DNA of 64,000 nt, taken from an uncultured Desulfarculales bacterium (GTDB taxonomy: Bacteria > Desulfobacterota > Desulfarculia > Desulfarculales > JAHJDS01). This document shows, in pieces, positions 28,258 through 36,086 of the stretch. Every line of letters starts with the position of its first letter. Position 1 is the stretch's first letter. The stretch lies in assembly GCA_964569795.1 (NCBI GenBank), contig CAZMVB010000001.1, positions 131,233 to 195,232 of the forward strand. Reading direction: 5' to 3'. The notes under the pieces were generated by a model, which ran no database searches, was not told the origin of the DNA, and was given only the letters and a program-made list of their open reading frames with translations. The position numbers and the translations under genes are program-made.

Positions 28258-29958
28258 ATGCCCTCACCCCCCAGTGAACAGCGTCAAAAACGATTCGTCT
28301 TTATCGGCGGGGCCCCGGTCTTCGATTACCTGATCGAGCTCGACCAAAAGGAAATACAACAGGGGACCGGCGGCCGATCCATGTTCGTGGACACCAAGCT
28401 CTACCTGCCGGTCGGAACCATCTTCCGCTGCCGCACGGTCCAGGGACTGGAGTTCGGGCTCAATCCCCTGGCCAATGCCAATGTCGAGGAAATGGGCGGG
28501 CGGCCCTACTACGCCCTCGAGTTCGGCGGCAAGCAGCCCCAGATCTCGCATCTGTCCCTGACCGGCGAGGTCGGGAAGCTGAAAAAGGAGATCGTGGAGG
28601 CCTTCGCCGAGATCGTCCCCGCCCCGGCCAAGGTCCCGGTGGTGGACGTCTCCGCTCCGGTCGAGGTCTCCCTGGGCGGCAACAACCGCAACATCATCGC
28701 CGCCATCCGGAGCATCTATTATTCCGAGGAACTCCTGGGGAAGACCCGGGACATCGAGTTCTTCCACTTCCTGTTCGCCGATACCAAGCATCCCCTGTTC
28801 GCGACCATCGTCCACGAGTACGCCAAGTACGGCGTGGACTTCGGCGCCCCCGAAGATATCCACATTGACGGACTGCTTCCCCGGGAGGGCTACGTCCTCA
28901 GCCTGCGCATGGCCGACGGTCGGACCCGGGACCGGACCATCCTCAGCAATCGGACCAACGAGGAGGTCATCCCCGAGGACAGACTGCTGCGGCGTTACTT
29001 CGAGCTGGAACGCGGCCTGCGCACGGGCGGCGGCCCCAAGGAAACCCACCTGGTCCTCAACACCCTGACCAACCCCGAGGAGTTGCGTCTGGCCCTGCGG
29101 TTGATCTACTCGGCCCACGCCGCCCGGCATCCGTCCTATTTCTGCCTGTCGGGCACCTTCCTGAAGTGCGCCCAGGCCCTGGTGGACCGCCGCCTGGAGA
29201 CCGGCGACCCCGATCCCTTTCCCGACCATCGGCCCAAGCGCCGGGGCTATTTCCGCCGCCGCCAGTTGAAGTGGTTCGAGACCGGCCCGGAGCTGATCTA
29301 CCGCCGGGTCCTGCCCTACGTCAAATACCTCATCCTCAACCGGGAGGAGTTGGTCGATCTGGAGCCCTCGGTCGAGCTCAAGGGCCTCGAGCTGGTCATG
29401 CGCCAGGTGGCCCGGGACATGAACCACGGCCGCAAGGAGTTCCCGGTCGAGGGCGGCCGGGTCCTGGTCAGCGACGGCAAGCGGGGGGCGCGGTACGCCG
29501 AGCTCCTGGATCGGGACGTGGGCCGTCACTACTGGCAGAAATACGCCCAGACCGCAAGCGAGGGCTTCGACTTCGCCGAGCGGGTCCTGTCCACGGGCGA
29601 CGACAACGTCGTCCACCTGGCCTCGACCCTGGGGGCCGGGGACACCTTTGCCGGGGTGTTCATCGGCCTGAGCGCCCTGGGCTGGGACGTGGGCCACGCC
29701 ATCCGGGCCGCCACCCTGGGCGCCCAGTTCTACATCGCCACCCGCCAGGAGCCCATGATCTCGGACCTGATCGACACCGAGGATGAGCACACCATGACGG
29801 GCACCTTCGGCAATTTCCGGGACATGGTCACCTTCCATCTGCCCGGCGGCGGCGTCCAGACCCCCTACGGGACCATCGTTGACAAGGTCGTCACCATCAG
29901 AACCACCCAGATTCATTATCCCTTCTGGGAGATAGTCGCCCGTTACAACACGCCATGA
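28258..29958 (+). CDS. atypically long PfkB/ribokinase-superfamily kinase-like protein
   Basis: N-terminal FIGGAPVFDYLI and C-terminal LGAGDTFAGVFIG (PfkB signature-2-like), with large insertions between them. An alternative start at 28177 overlaps the upstream stop (ATGA). Confidence 0.65.
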   Translation: MPSPPSEQRQKRFVFIGGAPVFDYLIELDQKEIQQGTGGRSMFVDTKLYLPVGTIFRCRTVQGLEFGLNPLANANVEEMGGRPYYALEFGGKQPQISHLSLTGEVGKLKKEIVEAFAEIVPAPAKVPVVDVSAPVEVSLGGNNRNIIAAIRSIYYSEELLGKTRDIEFFHFLFADTKHPLFATIVHEYAKYGVDFGAPEDIHIDGLLPREGYVLSLRMADGRTRDRTILSNRTNEEVIPEDRLLRRYFELERGLRTGGGPKETHLVLNTLTNPEELRLALRLIYSAHAARHPSYFCLSGTFLKCAQALVDRRLETGDPDPFPDHRPKRRGYFRRRQLKWFETGPELIYRRVLPYVKYLILNREELVDLEPSVELKGLELVMRQVARDMNHGRKEFPVEGGRVLVSDGKRGARYAELLDRDVGRHYWQKYAQTASEGFDFAERVLSTGDDNVVHLASTLGAGDTFAGVFIGLSALGWDVGHAIRAATLGAQFYIATRQEPMISDLIDTEDEHTMTGTFGNFRDMVTFHLPGGGVQTPYGTIVDKVVTIRTTQIHYPFWEIVARYNTP

Positions 29959-30641
29959 CCAGAAAAACGCTACTCGTCATCGCCGCGCTCGTCTGGTGGC
30001 TCCCCGCCTGTGTGCCCGAGACGCCGCCGCCGCAGCAACCCAAGCCGGTCAAGGTCAAACCCCGGCCGGCGGTCCGGCTGGTGGTGGTCCCCCAACTGGT
30101 CGGGGCCCGCCTTTCCCACGCCCGGACCAGGCTCCGGTTCCTCGGTCTGCCGGCCCGGGTGACCCTGGTCCGCTACGCCCACCGCCGCCAGCTGGGCTGG
30201 GTTTTCCGGCAGAAGCCCGCCCCGGGCGCGCGCGTCCCGGCCGGATCCCCGGTCCGGGTCTGGGCCTATGCCGCCACCGGGACCCAACTCAAGGGCCCCA
30301 TTCCCCGGCCCCCCTCGGCCGCGCCCCGGAAACCGACCTCCCCGCCGGCCGCCGCCCCGGGCCGCCTCGACCTGCCGCCCGGCAAGTATCCCCGCCTCGA
30401 GGCCGAACTGAAGGCCATCAAGGGCGAGATCGACAAGGTGGCCCGGTTGCCCTCGGTCCGGGATCGGTATCAGGCCTCCCTCGAGGTCAGGCGCCGGATC
30501 TTCAGGCTGCGCTGGCGGGTCATCGAGCACTCCCGAAGGGATCGGGCCAATCCGGTGCTGAAGGCCGTGTTGCGCCGCCTGCTCGGCCTGGAGATGTCCC
30601 TGGACCGGATCGTTCACCGCCGCCGGTCGCCCCGGAAATGA
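29955..30641 (+). CDS. lipoprotein with a PASTA-like domain
   Basis: Lipobox LPAC. VPQLVGARLSHARTRLRFLGL...VFRQKPAPGARVPAGSPVRVWA fits the PASTA pattern. ATGA overlap with the kinase-like gene. Confidence 0.6.
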   Translation: MTRKTLLVIAALVWWLPACVPETPPPQQPKPVKVKPRPAVRLVVVPQLVGARLSHARTRLRFLGLPARVTLVRYAHRRQLGWVFRQKPAPGARVPAGSPVRVWAYAATGTQLKGPIPRPPSAAPRKPTSPPAAAPGRLDLPPGKYPRLEAELKAIKGEIDKVARLPSVRDRYQASLEVRRRIFRLRWRVIEHSRRDRANPVLKAVLRRLLGLEMSLDRIVHRRRSPRK

Positions 30642-30668
30642 GGCCGGACCGACGAGCCAACTCGGCCA

Positions 30669-30697
30669 TTGACACCCACCCCCTGACTGGTTATGAT
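30669..30697 (+). promoter_or_regulatory. near-consensus sigma70 promoter TTGACA-17-TATGAT
   Basis: TTGACA at 30669-30674, a 17-nt spacer, and TATGAT at 30692-30697. About 450 nt upstream of the nrdJ start. Confidence 0.55.
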
Positions 30698-31150
30698 TTA
30701 TTTACCCCCCGAGTGGGGGCGTAGTTTTTGGGGCGTGTTTGTTCGGGGCGTAGTTGGCCGGGCCTGAGCCCCGGGGGATGGGGAAGCCCTTTCGTGAGGA
30801 GCGCCCGTTGAAGAGAGGTCACGGAGTCGGCTGCGCCCGGACGTCAGAAGAGGCCTATGTCGGAAAGCGGACAACCAATCGGGGTCACCCGGCCCGAAGC
30901 TCGGCTGAGGATGCTGGCCGGGGGAAGCCTGTTCCGGCCGGGTCGGCGCCGTCTGGGGCCGATCCGCTGGTCTGATTGTCTGGATTGGGCCGAGATAGAA
31001 TTTCATCGCCATTTGGATTGCCACCACTACACCATGTGCCTGACCATCGCCGGGGTCAGGCAGTGGCCCGGTTTTTCGTGCTGTCGCTGTGATATCTTCC
31101 CCGGTCCGCTCTGGGTGGGCGCCGGTTTGAAGTGACCGGCTCCCGGGCAG

Positions 31151-32908
31151 GTGACCATATTGTCCGGCCCCCAGCCGATCGTCTTTTCCGAACAGGCCGA
31201 CCGTCTGCTGGCCCGCCGCTATCTCAAGCGCGACGATCAGGGCAAAACCGTTGAAGGGGTCTCGGACCTGTTCGCCCGGGTGGCCGAGGTGGTGGCCGGG
31301 GCGGAACAGGGATACGGGGCCGAGGCCAACCCGTCGCCCTGGGCCGCCCGGTTCCACGACCTGATGGCCAACCTCGAATTCCTGCCCAACTCGCCGACCC
31401 TGATGAACGCCGGCCGCCCCCTGGGCCAGCTGGCGGCCTGCTTTGTGCTGCCCGTCGAGGACGATCTGACCTCGATCTTCGATTCGGTCAAGCACGCCGC
31501 CCTGATCCAGCAGTCCGGCGGGGGGACCGGCTTCGCCTTCTCGCGGCTGCGGCCGGCCGGGGACGTGGTCCGCTCGACCAAGGGCGTCAGTTCCGGTCCG
31601 CTGTCCTTCATGGGCGTCTTTGACGCGGCCACCGACACCATCCGCCAGGGGGGCACCCGCCGCGGGGCCAACATGGGCGTCCTCCGGGTCGATCACCCGG
31701 ACATCGAGGCCTTTATCCGGGCCAAGGTCGGCGGCCCGGGGTTGAACAACTTCAACCTGAGCGTGGCCGTGACCGACGCCTTCATGCAGGCCCGGCAGGA
31801 GGGTGGCTCCTTTGACCTGATCAACCCCCGTAGCGGCCGGGTGGTGGCCCGGCGCTCGGCCGCCGAGGTGTTCGACCTGATGGCCGAGGCCGCCTGGACC
31901 TGCGGCGACCCCGGGGTGTTGTTCATCGACGCGGTGAACCGGGCCAATCCCACCCCCCACCTGGGGTCCTTCGAGGCGACCAATCCCTGCGGCGAGCAGC
32001 CGCTGCTGCCCTACGAGTCCTGCAACCTGGGTTCGATCAATCTGTCCCGGCTGGTGGAGAGGGACGTCCTGGACGAGGATCGTCTGGCCGCGGTGGCCCG
32101 GGACGGTATCCGGTTCCTGGACGACGTGATCGACGTCAACCGTTATCCCCTGGACGAAATCAAGCGGGCCACCTCCCGGACCCGCAAGGTGGGCCTGGGG
32201 GTCATGGGCTGGGCCGACTGCCTGATCAAGCTGGGGATTCCCTACGGCGGGAAGCGGGCCGCCCAACTAGCCGCCCGGGTGGCGGGGATCATCTCCCGGG
32301 CCGCGGTCGAGGCCTCGCGCGAGCTGGCCGCCGCCCGGGGGGCGTTTCCGGCCTTCAAGGGCTCGATCTACGACCGCCGCGGCGAGCCGCCCCGGAGAAA
32401 CGCCACGGTCACCACCGTCGCCCCGACCGGATCGATCAGCCTCATCGCCGGCTGCTCGTCCGGCATCGAGCCCCTGTTCGGCCTGAGTCTGTCGCGGCGG
32501 GTCCTGGACGGCGAGGTCTTTCGGGAGACCAATCAGCTTGTTCTTACGACCCTGGCCACCCGGGGACTGCTGACCGACGACGTCCGGGACCATATCCTGC
32601 GTCACGGACGCCTGGCCGGCCTGGATCGCCTTCTCGGGGATCTGCGGGAACTGCTGGTCACGGCCGACGAACTGTCCCCCGAGGTCCACCTGCGGATGCA
32701 GGCCGCCTGGCAGTCCAGCGTCGAAAACGCGGTCAGCAAGACCATCAACCTGCCGGCCGAGGCGGGCCGGGATCAGGTGGCCCGGGCCTTCGAGGCGGCC
32801 TGGGAGCTGGGCCTGAAGGGGGTGACTGTGTTTCGGCAGGGCTCCCGGGGAGATCAGGTCATCGTCACCGGCGAGGGCTCCTGCTGCTCCCGGCCGGGGG
32901 GATGCTGA
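31151..32908 (+). CDS. nrdJ: class II (adenosylcobalamin-dependent) ribonucleotide reductase
   Basis: 585 aa. NPCGEQPLLPYESCNLGSINL active-site block and C-terminal Cys-rich tail SCCSRPGGC. GTG start. Confidence 0.9.
   Translation: MTILSGPQPIVFSEQADRLLARRYLKRDDQGKTVEGVSDLFARVAEVVAGAEQGYGAEANPSPWAARFHDLMANLEFLPNSPTLMNAGRPLGQLAACFVLPVEDDLTSIFDSVKHAALIQQSGGGTGFAFSRLRPAGDVVRSTKGVSSGPLSFMGVFDAATDTIRQGGTRRGANMGVLRVDHPDIEAFIRAKVGGPGLNNFNLSVAVTDAFMQARQEGGSFDLINPRSGRVVARRSAAEVFDLMAEAAWTCGDPGVLFIDAVNRANPTPHLGSFEATNPCGEQPLLPYESCNLGSINLSRLVERDVLDEDRLAAVARDGIRFLDDVIDVNRYPLDEIKRATSRTRKVGLGVMGWADCLIKLGIPYGGKRAAQLAARVAGIISRAAVEASRELAAARGAFPAFKGSIYDRRGEPPRRNATVTTVAPTGSISLIAGCSSGIEPLFGLSLSRRVLDGEVFRETNQLVLTTLATRGLLTDDVRDHILRHGRLAGLDRLLGDLRELLVTADELSPEVHLRMQAAWQSSVENAVSKTINLPAEAGRDQVARAFEAAWELGLKGVTVFRQGSRGDQVIVTGEGSCCSRPGGC
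32839..32908. repeat. direct repeat copy L (the functional 3' end of nrdJ)
   Basis: 70 bp, about 90% identical to 34734-34802 when aligned by eye. Confidence 0.85.
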
Positions 32909-33006
32909 GGCAATATGAAAATAGGTTAAAATTGATTGACAATTGAGATACAAAGTGCTATTAATAATACGAAAGAAGAAAGCGACCATTCATTTGTGGA
33001 ACAAAA

Positions 33007-33879
33007 GTGGCGAAACATACAATAGCTATGGTTTTTGATTTTGATGACACATTGGTACCGGATTCGACCACGGCCTTATTAATTCATAAAGGTGTTGATG
33101 CTGAAGAGTTTTGGAAGGTTAAGGTAAAACAACTAATAGAGGATGGGTGGGACCCCGTTCATGCATATTTGAAACTCATCTTGGATTTAACGAGACGAGG
33201 ACAACCACTTTATGGGTTGACTAGTAATGACCTAGCTGAGTTCGGCTCAACACTAAAACCTTATCCCGGCGCCCAAAGTTTTTTTAAAAAAATTAAGGAT
33301 ATAGTGAATAACAAATTTTCAGAGTTAGACATTGATGTAAAATTTTGGGTTATCTCTGGTGGACTAGAAGATATTATTGCTGGGTGTAAAAAAATAAGCA
33401 AACACTTGACTGGTTATTGGGGATGTCGTCTAGCAGGAGACCATCTTGGTGGAAATGTTAAGTATATAAAGAGAGCAGTTAGTTTCACGGAAAAAACGAG
33501 ATATCTCTTTGAAATTAATAAGGGACTAAATCAGAGTGAAACCAACAAAAACCCCCTCCTAGTTAATATTGACAGGCCTTATTCTGCTAGGGCGGTTCCC
33601 TTTTCAAACATAATTTATATTGGAGATGGATTAACCGATATTCCTTGTTTTTCTCTTGTGAAAAGCAAAGGTGGTTCTGTATTTGGAATCCTACACAAGG
33701 ATGACCAAGGCACTGCTAAACGAGACGTTTTTAAAAATCTCGTACGTCAGGATAGAGTGATGAGTCTTCATTCTCCAAGATATGGAAAGAATAGTGATTT
33801 AGGTGTAATGTTGGAAACAGCAGTTGTGACGAGATGCTCTGAGTTACAGCTGGAAGAAAAGCAAGCGTTAGTTGGTTAA
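33007..33879 (+). CDS. HAD-superfamily phosphatase-like protein (cargo of the AT-rich islet)
   Basis: FDFDDTL (DxDxT motif I), VISGG (motif II) and YIGDGLTDIPCF (motif IV). A TTGACA-17-TATTAA promoter-like site lies at 32936-32964. Confidence 0.75.
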   Translation: MAKHTIAMVFDFDDTLVPDSTTALLIHKGVDAEEFWKVKVKQLIEDGWDPVHAYLKLILDLTRRGQPLYGLTSNDLAEFGSTLKPYPGAQSFFKKIKDIVNNKFSELDIDVKFWVISGGLEDIIAGCKKISKHLTGYWGCRLAGDHLGGNVKYIKRAVSFTEKTRYLFEINKGLNQSETNKNPLLVNIDRPYSARAVPFSNIIYIGDGLTDIPCFSLVKSKGGSVFGILHKDDQGTAKRDVFKNLVRQDRVMSLHSPRYGKNSDLGVMLETAVVTRCSELQLEEKQALVG

Positions 33880-34446
33880 GCACTCTTCTTAGTTTGGTTA
33901 GTTCTTTTATTTACCACAACTGTTGATTGACTTCTAGCAGACTTAGCACATGATTGCTTAGCGGAAAGTTCTAAGAGAGACGAAGTCAATTTTCTGTAAG
34001 TCGCATGAGTAACGCGCTTTTGTGATGTTTTTACTTCTGACATGTTTCGCCCCCTTTTTTGCCTTATACCATATATTGTTGGCCCCATAATGTCAAGCAC
34101 TAGTTTTTGAACGAATTGGTCGATGGATATTTTCAATATAATTAGTAGGTTATGCTAAGGAAAATTATTTGGTCTATCAACCTTCTCAATACAAAATGAT
34201 GTAATAAAACTAGCTAATTAAAATGGCACATGCCCCCGTTCAAGCAATAATTGCTTGCCTAGCCCAAAGATAAGACTCAAGGCAATTCAAAAAAGAAAAA
34301 TAGCGGATATTTCGACAGGCCTCTGGCGAAGGCTAAGCCTCAACCTCAGCCGACCTAGGCTGCCGAGCACGACTAGTAATGCTTGTCCGGGCCCTTTTCC
34401 CCCCGCGCGCCGCTGACGACAAAAGGGCGGACCGATCCGATTCCCG

Positions 34447-34665
34447 TCAAGACTGCTTATACGTGGCGCCGCAGCCCGGACACTTCTTGTCGTCGGTTTT
34501 GACCACGGGCATCCCGCAGGCCGGGCAGTTGCTTCGGCCCTTGGCCCGGCAGGCCGGGCAATCGGCCTCATCGTGACCCTCGCCCGGGTGCACGCCCTCG
34601 GCCGTGTCGAAGAAGTCCTCGCAGATCTCGCAGAAGTAGGTTCTCAGGTCTTCATGTTGGGTCAT
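34447..34665 (-). CDS. small 4xCxxC zinc-ribbon protein (paralog 1, inside the islet)
   Basis: 72 aa, MTQHEDLRTYFCEICEDFF...CPACRAKGRSNCPACG...CPGCGATY. GGGAGAAAG RBS. The track ORF is over-extended. Confidence 0.65.
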   Translation of the reverse strand: MTQHEDLRTYFCEICEDFFDTAEGVHPGEGHDEADCPACRAKGRSNCPACGMPVVKTDDKKCPGCGATYKQS

Positions 34666-34733
34666 CAACTTTCTCCCTGAACGCGCAGGCCGATTAACAG
34701 CGGTCCTGACTGCAACGCTAAAGATAACACTCG

Positions 34734-34802
34734 GGGCTCCCGGGGCGATCAGGTCATCCCACCGGCGAGGGCTCCTGCCGCTCCCGGCCCGGGGAGTGCT
34801 GA
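34734..34802 (+). pseudogene. displaced nrdJ 3'-terminal remnant (direct repeat copy R)
   Basis: Aligns to the last ~23 codons of nrdJ, including the stop codon position. It has a 1-nt deletion (frameshift) and a few substitutions. Confidence 0.75.
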
Positions 34803-34819
34803 AACGGCGTCGGCCGGAT

Positions 34820-34851
34820 GACGGCCGCGCCGCGGCGGCCGTCAAGTTTTT
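34820..34851 (+). terminator. rho-independent terminator, probably the original nrdJ terminator, now orphaned
   Basis: 9-bp stem GACGGCCGC/GCGGCCGTC (34820-34828 / 34835-34843), followed by AAGTTTTT. Confidence 0.7.
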
Positions 34852-34860
34852 ACAGCGAAC

Positions 34861-35076
34861 TCAGCCGACGTAGGCCGAAGAGCACGACGGGCAGCGCTTG
34901 TCCAGGGACTCCTCGACCGGCGCGCCGCAGTCCGGGCAATGGGCCATCCCCTCGGCCTGGCAGGTGGGACAAGTGGCCGCGTCATGTCCGTGGCCCGGAA
35001 TCTCGCCCCCGGCCACCTCGAAAAATTCCTCGCAGGTCCGGCAGAAAAAGGTGCCGATCTTGTCGCTGGCGGGCAT
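34861..35076 (-). CDS. small 4xCxxC zinc-ribbon protein (paralog 2)
   Basis: 71 aa, MPASDKIGTFFCRTCEEFF...CPTCQAEGMAHCPDCG...CPSCSSAY. GGGGGAGGA RBS and a strong promoter upstream. Confidence 0.7.
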   Translation of the reverse strand: MPASDKIGTFFCRTCEEFFEVAGGEIPGHGHDAATCPTCQAEGMAHCPDCGAPVEESLDKRCPSCSSAYVG

Positions 35077-35117
35077 GATCGTTCCTCCCCCAAAAAAGGT
35101 CGTTTCTTTTTTTGATA

Positions 35118-35146
35118 ATTATACCGCCCCGGCCTTGGTTTGCCAA
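35118..35146 (-). promoter_or_regulatory. sigma70 promoter TTGGCA-17-TATAAT for zinc-ribbon paralog 2
   Basis: The reverse complement of 35141-35146 is TTGGCA and of 35118-35123 is TATAAT. Confidence 0.55.
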
Positions 35147-35174
35147 GGAGGCGCCCGGTGCGCCTCAGACCCCA

Positions 35175-35453
35175 TCAACGACTCAGACGGACGATGCTCG
35201 CCCCCCAGCCGCCGCCCTCGGCCGGGGCCTCCTCGATGGAGACGATCCCGGGCAGCCGGGCCAGTCGCCTGAGCACGGTCTGGCGGAGCTGGCCGGTCCC
35301 CTTGCCGTGGATGATTTTTACTTCCAGGATGCCCCGGGCCCGGCACTCAGCCAGATAGTCCTCGACCAGGTCGGCCGCCTCGGCCGGCCGGAAGGTGTGC
35401 AGGTCGAGCACGCCGTCGATGGGGAGGGTTATCGGTTCGTCGGAGTGAGCCAT
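35175..35453 (-). CDS. stand-alone Smr-domain protein
   Basis: 92 aa. LDLHT...VKIIHGKGTGQLR Smr motifs. Confidence 0.8.
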   Translation of the reverse strand: MAHSDEPITLPIDGVLDLHTFRPAEAADLVEDYLAECRARGILEVKIIHGKGTGQLRQTVLRRLARLPGIVSIEEAPAEGGGWGASIVRLSR

Positions 35454-35529
35454 TTTTTAATACACCTCGGCCTAGTTTATTCCGGCTTCCTGCCCAGCCC
35501 GGGATTACTGGGCGGATCTCAGGTTGTAC

Positions 35530-35985
35530 TTAAACTGGAAAATCAACCTTGATTTTATAGATCTTCTCGGCCGGGAGGCTGATCAGGTCGTCCACGCCGG
35601 TCTGCCGGGTGATCTCGCCCAGGATCTCCCGGATATCGGCCGAACTGGGGGCGATGAGGGTGAACCAGATGTTGTAGTGGTGGTCGCGCCGGTAGTTGTG
35701 GGTGATGCCCGGCCGGTCGTTGACTGCGGCGATGAAGGCCTCCATCTGGTCGTCGGGCACGGCCGCGGCGCACAGGGTCGAGGTGTAGCCCAGGGCCCGG
35801 GAGTTGAAGTTGCCGCCGATGCGCCGGATGATGCCCTCGTCCTTGAGGGTTTGGACGCGGCGGATGATTTCGTCCTCGTCCAGGCCCAGGCGCTCGGCCA
35901 GGACCTGATAGGGCCGGACGTCGATCGGGAACCGGGACTGGATTTCGTTGAGGATACGGCGGTCAATATCGTCCATACTGGCCAT
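35530..35985 (-). CDS. siroheme decarboxylase subunit (AhbA/AhbB, NirDLGH family; AsnC-like fold)
   Basis: DDIDRRILNEIQSRFPI..RPY...GIIRRIG...ITHNYRR...NIWFTL family pattern. Start at MASMDD. Confidence 0.75.
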   Translation of the reverse strand: MASMDDIDRRILNEIQSRFPIDVRPYQVLAERLGLDEDEIIRRVQTLKDEGIIRRIGGNFNSRALGYTSTLCAAAVPDDQMEAFIAAVNDRPGITHNYRRDHHYNIWFTLIAPSSADIREILGEITRQTGVDDLISLPAEKIYKIKVDFPV

Positions 35986-36086
35986 CCAGGTCCAAGATGG
36001 GCTGAGACTATTCACTTACCACAATCGGTCACTTTTTAAAAAACAAAGATTATCGACTGATCGAGAAGTCCCTTGCTTCAGGCCGG

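Larger units (their letters stand above)
32909..34733. mobile_element. integrase-less inserted islet bounded by the nrdJ 3'-end repeats (largely AT-rich)
   Basis: Abrupt drop in G+C at the nrdJ stop. The segment is bracketed by the 70-bp direct repeat. The original nrdJ 3' end and terminator are displaced downstream. Confidence 0.4.

Noticed and set aside
30698-31150. Known RNA families tried against the nrdJ leader: cobalamin riboswitch (GGGAAGCC, GCUGCGCCCGG, GUCAGAAGAGGCC resemble parts of the consensus), tmRNA (the GGGGGCGUA start), RNase P, SRP RNA and NrdR boxes.
   Set aside because: The B12-box and GCCACUG core do not align on the plus strand (cagtggc occurs only as a reverse complement). 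There is no tRNA-like 3' end or tag ORF for tmRNA. There is no GAGGAAAGUCCGGGC block for RNase P. The NrdR-like half-sites are poor and unpaired. A covariance-model scan is needed before naming anything.
33876-34136. An 86-aa minus-strand ORF in the AT-rich islet (MKISIDQFVQKL...KRTNQTKKSA).
   Set aside because: The sequence is low-complexity and Ser/Thr/Lys-rich, with no recognisable motif or RBS, and it overlaps the HAD stop. Coding status could not be supported, so it is not listed as a feature.
34221-34240. TGGCAC motif resembling the -24 element of a sigma54 promoter in the islet non-coding region.
   Set aside because: There is no TTGC -12 element at the required spacing, and no downstream gene in the right orientation.
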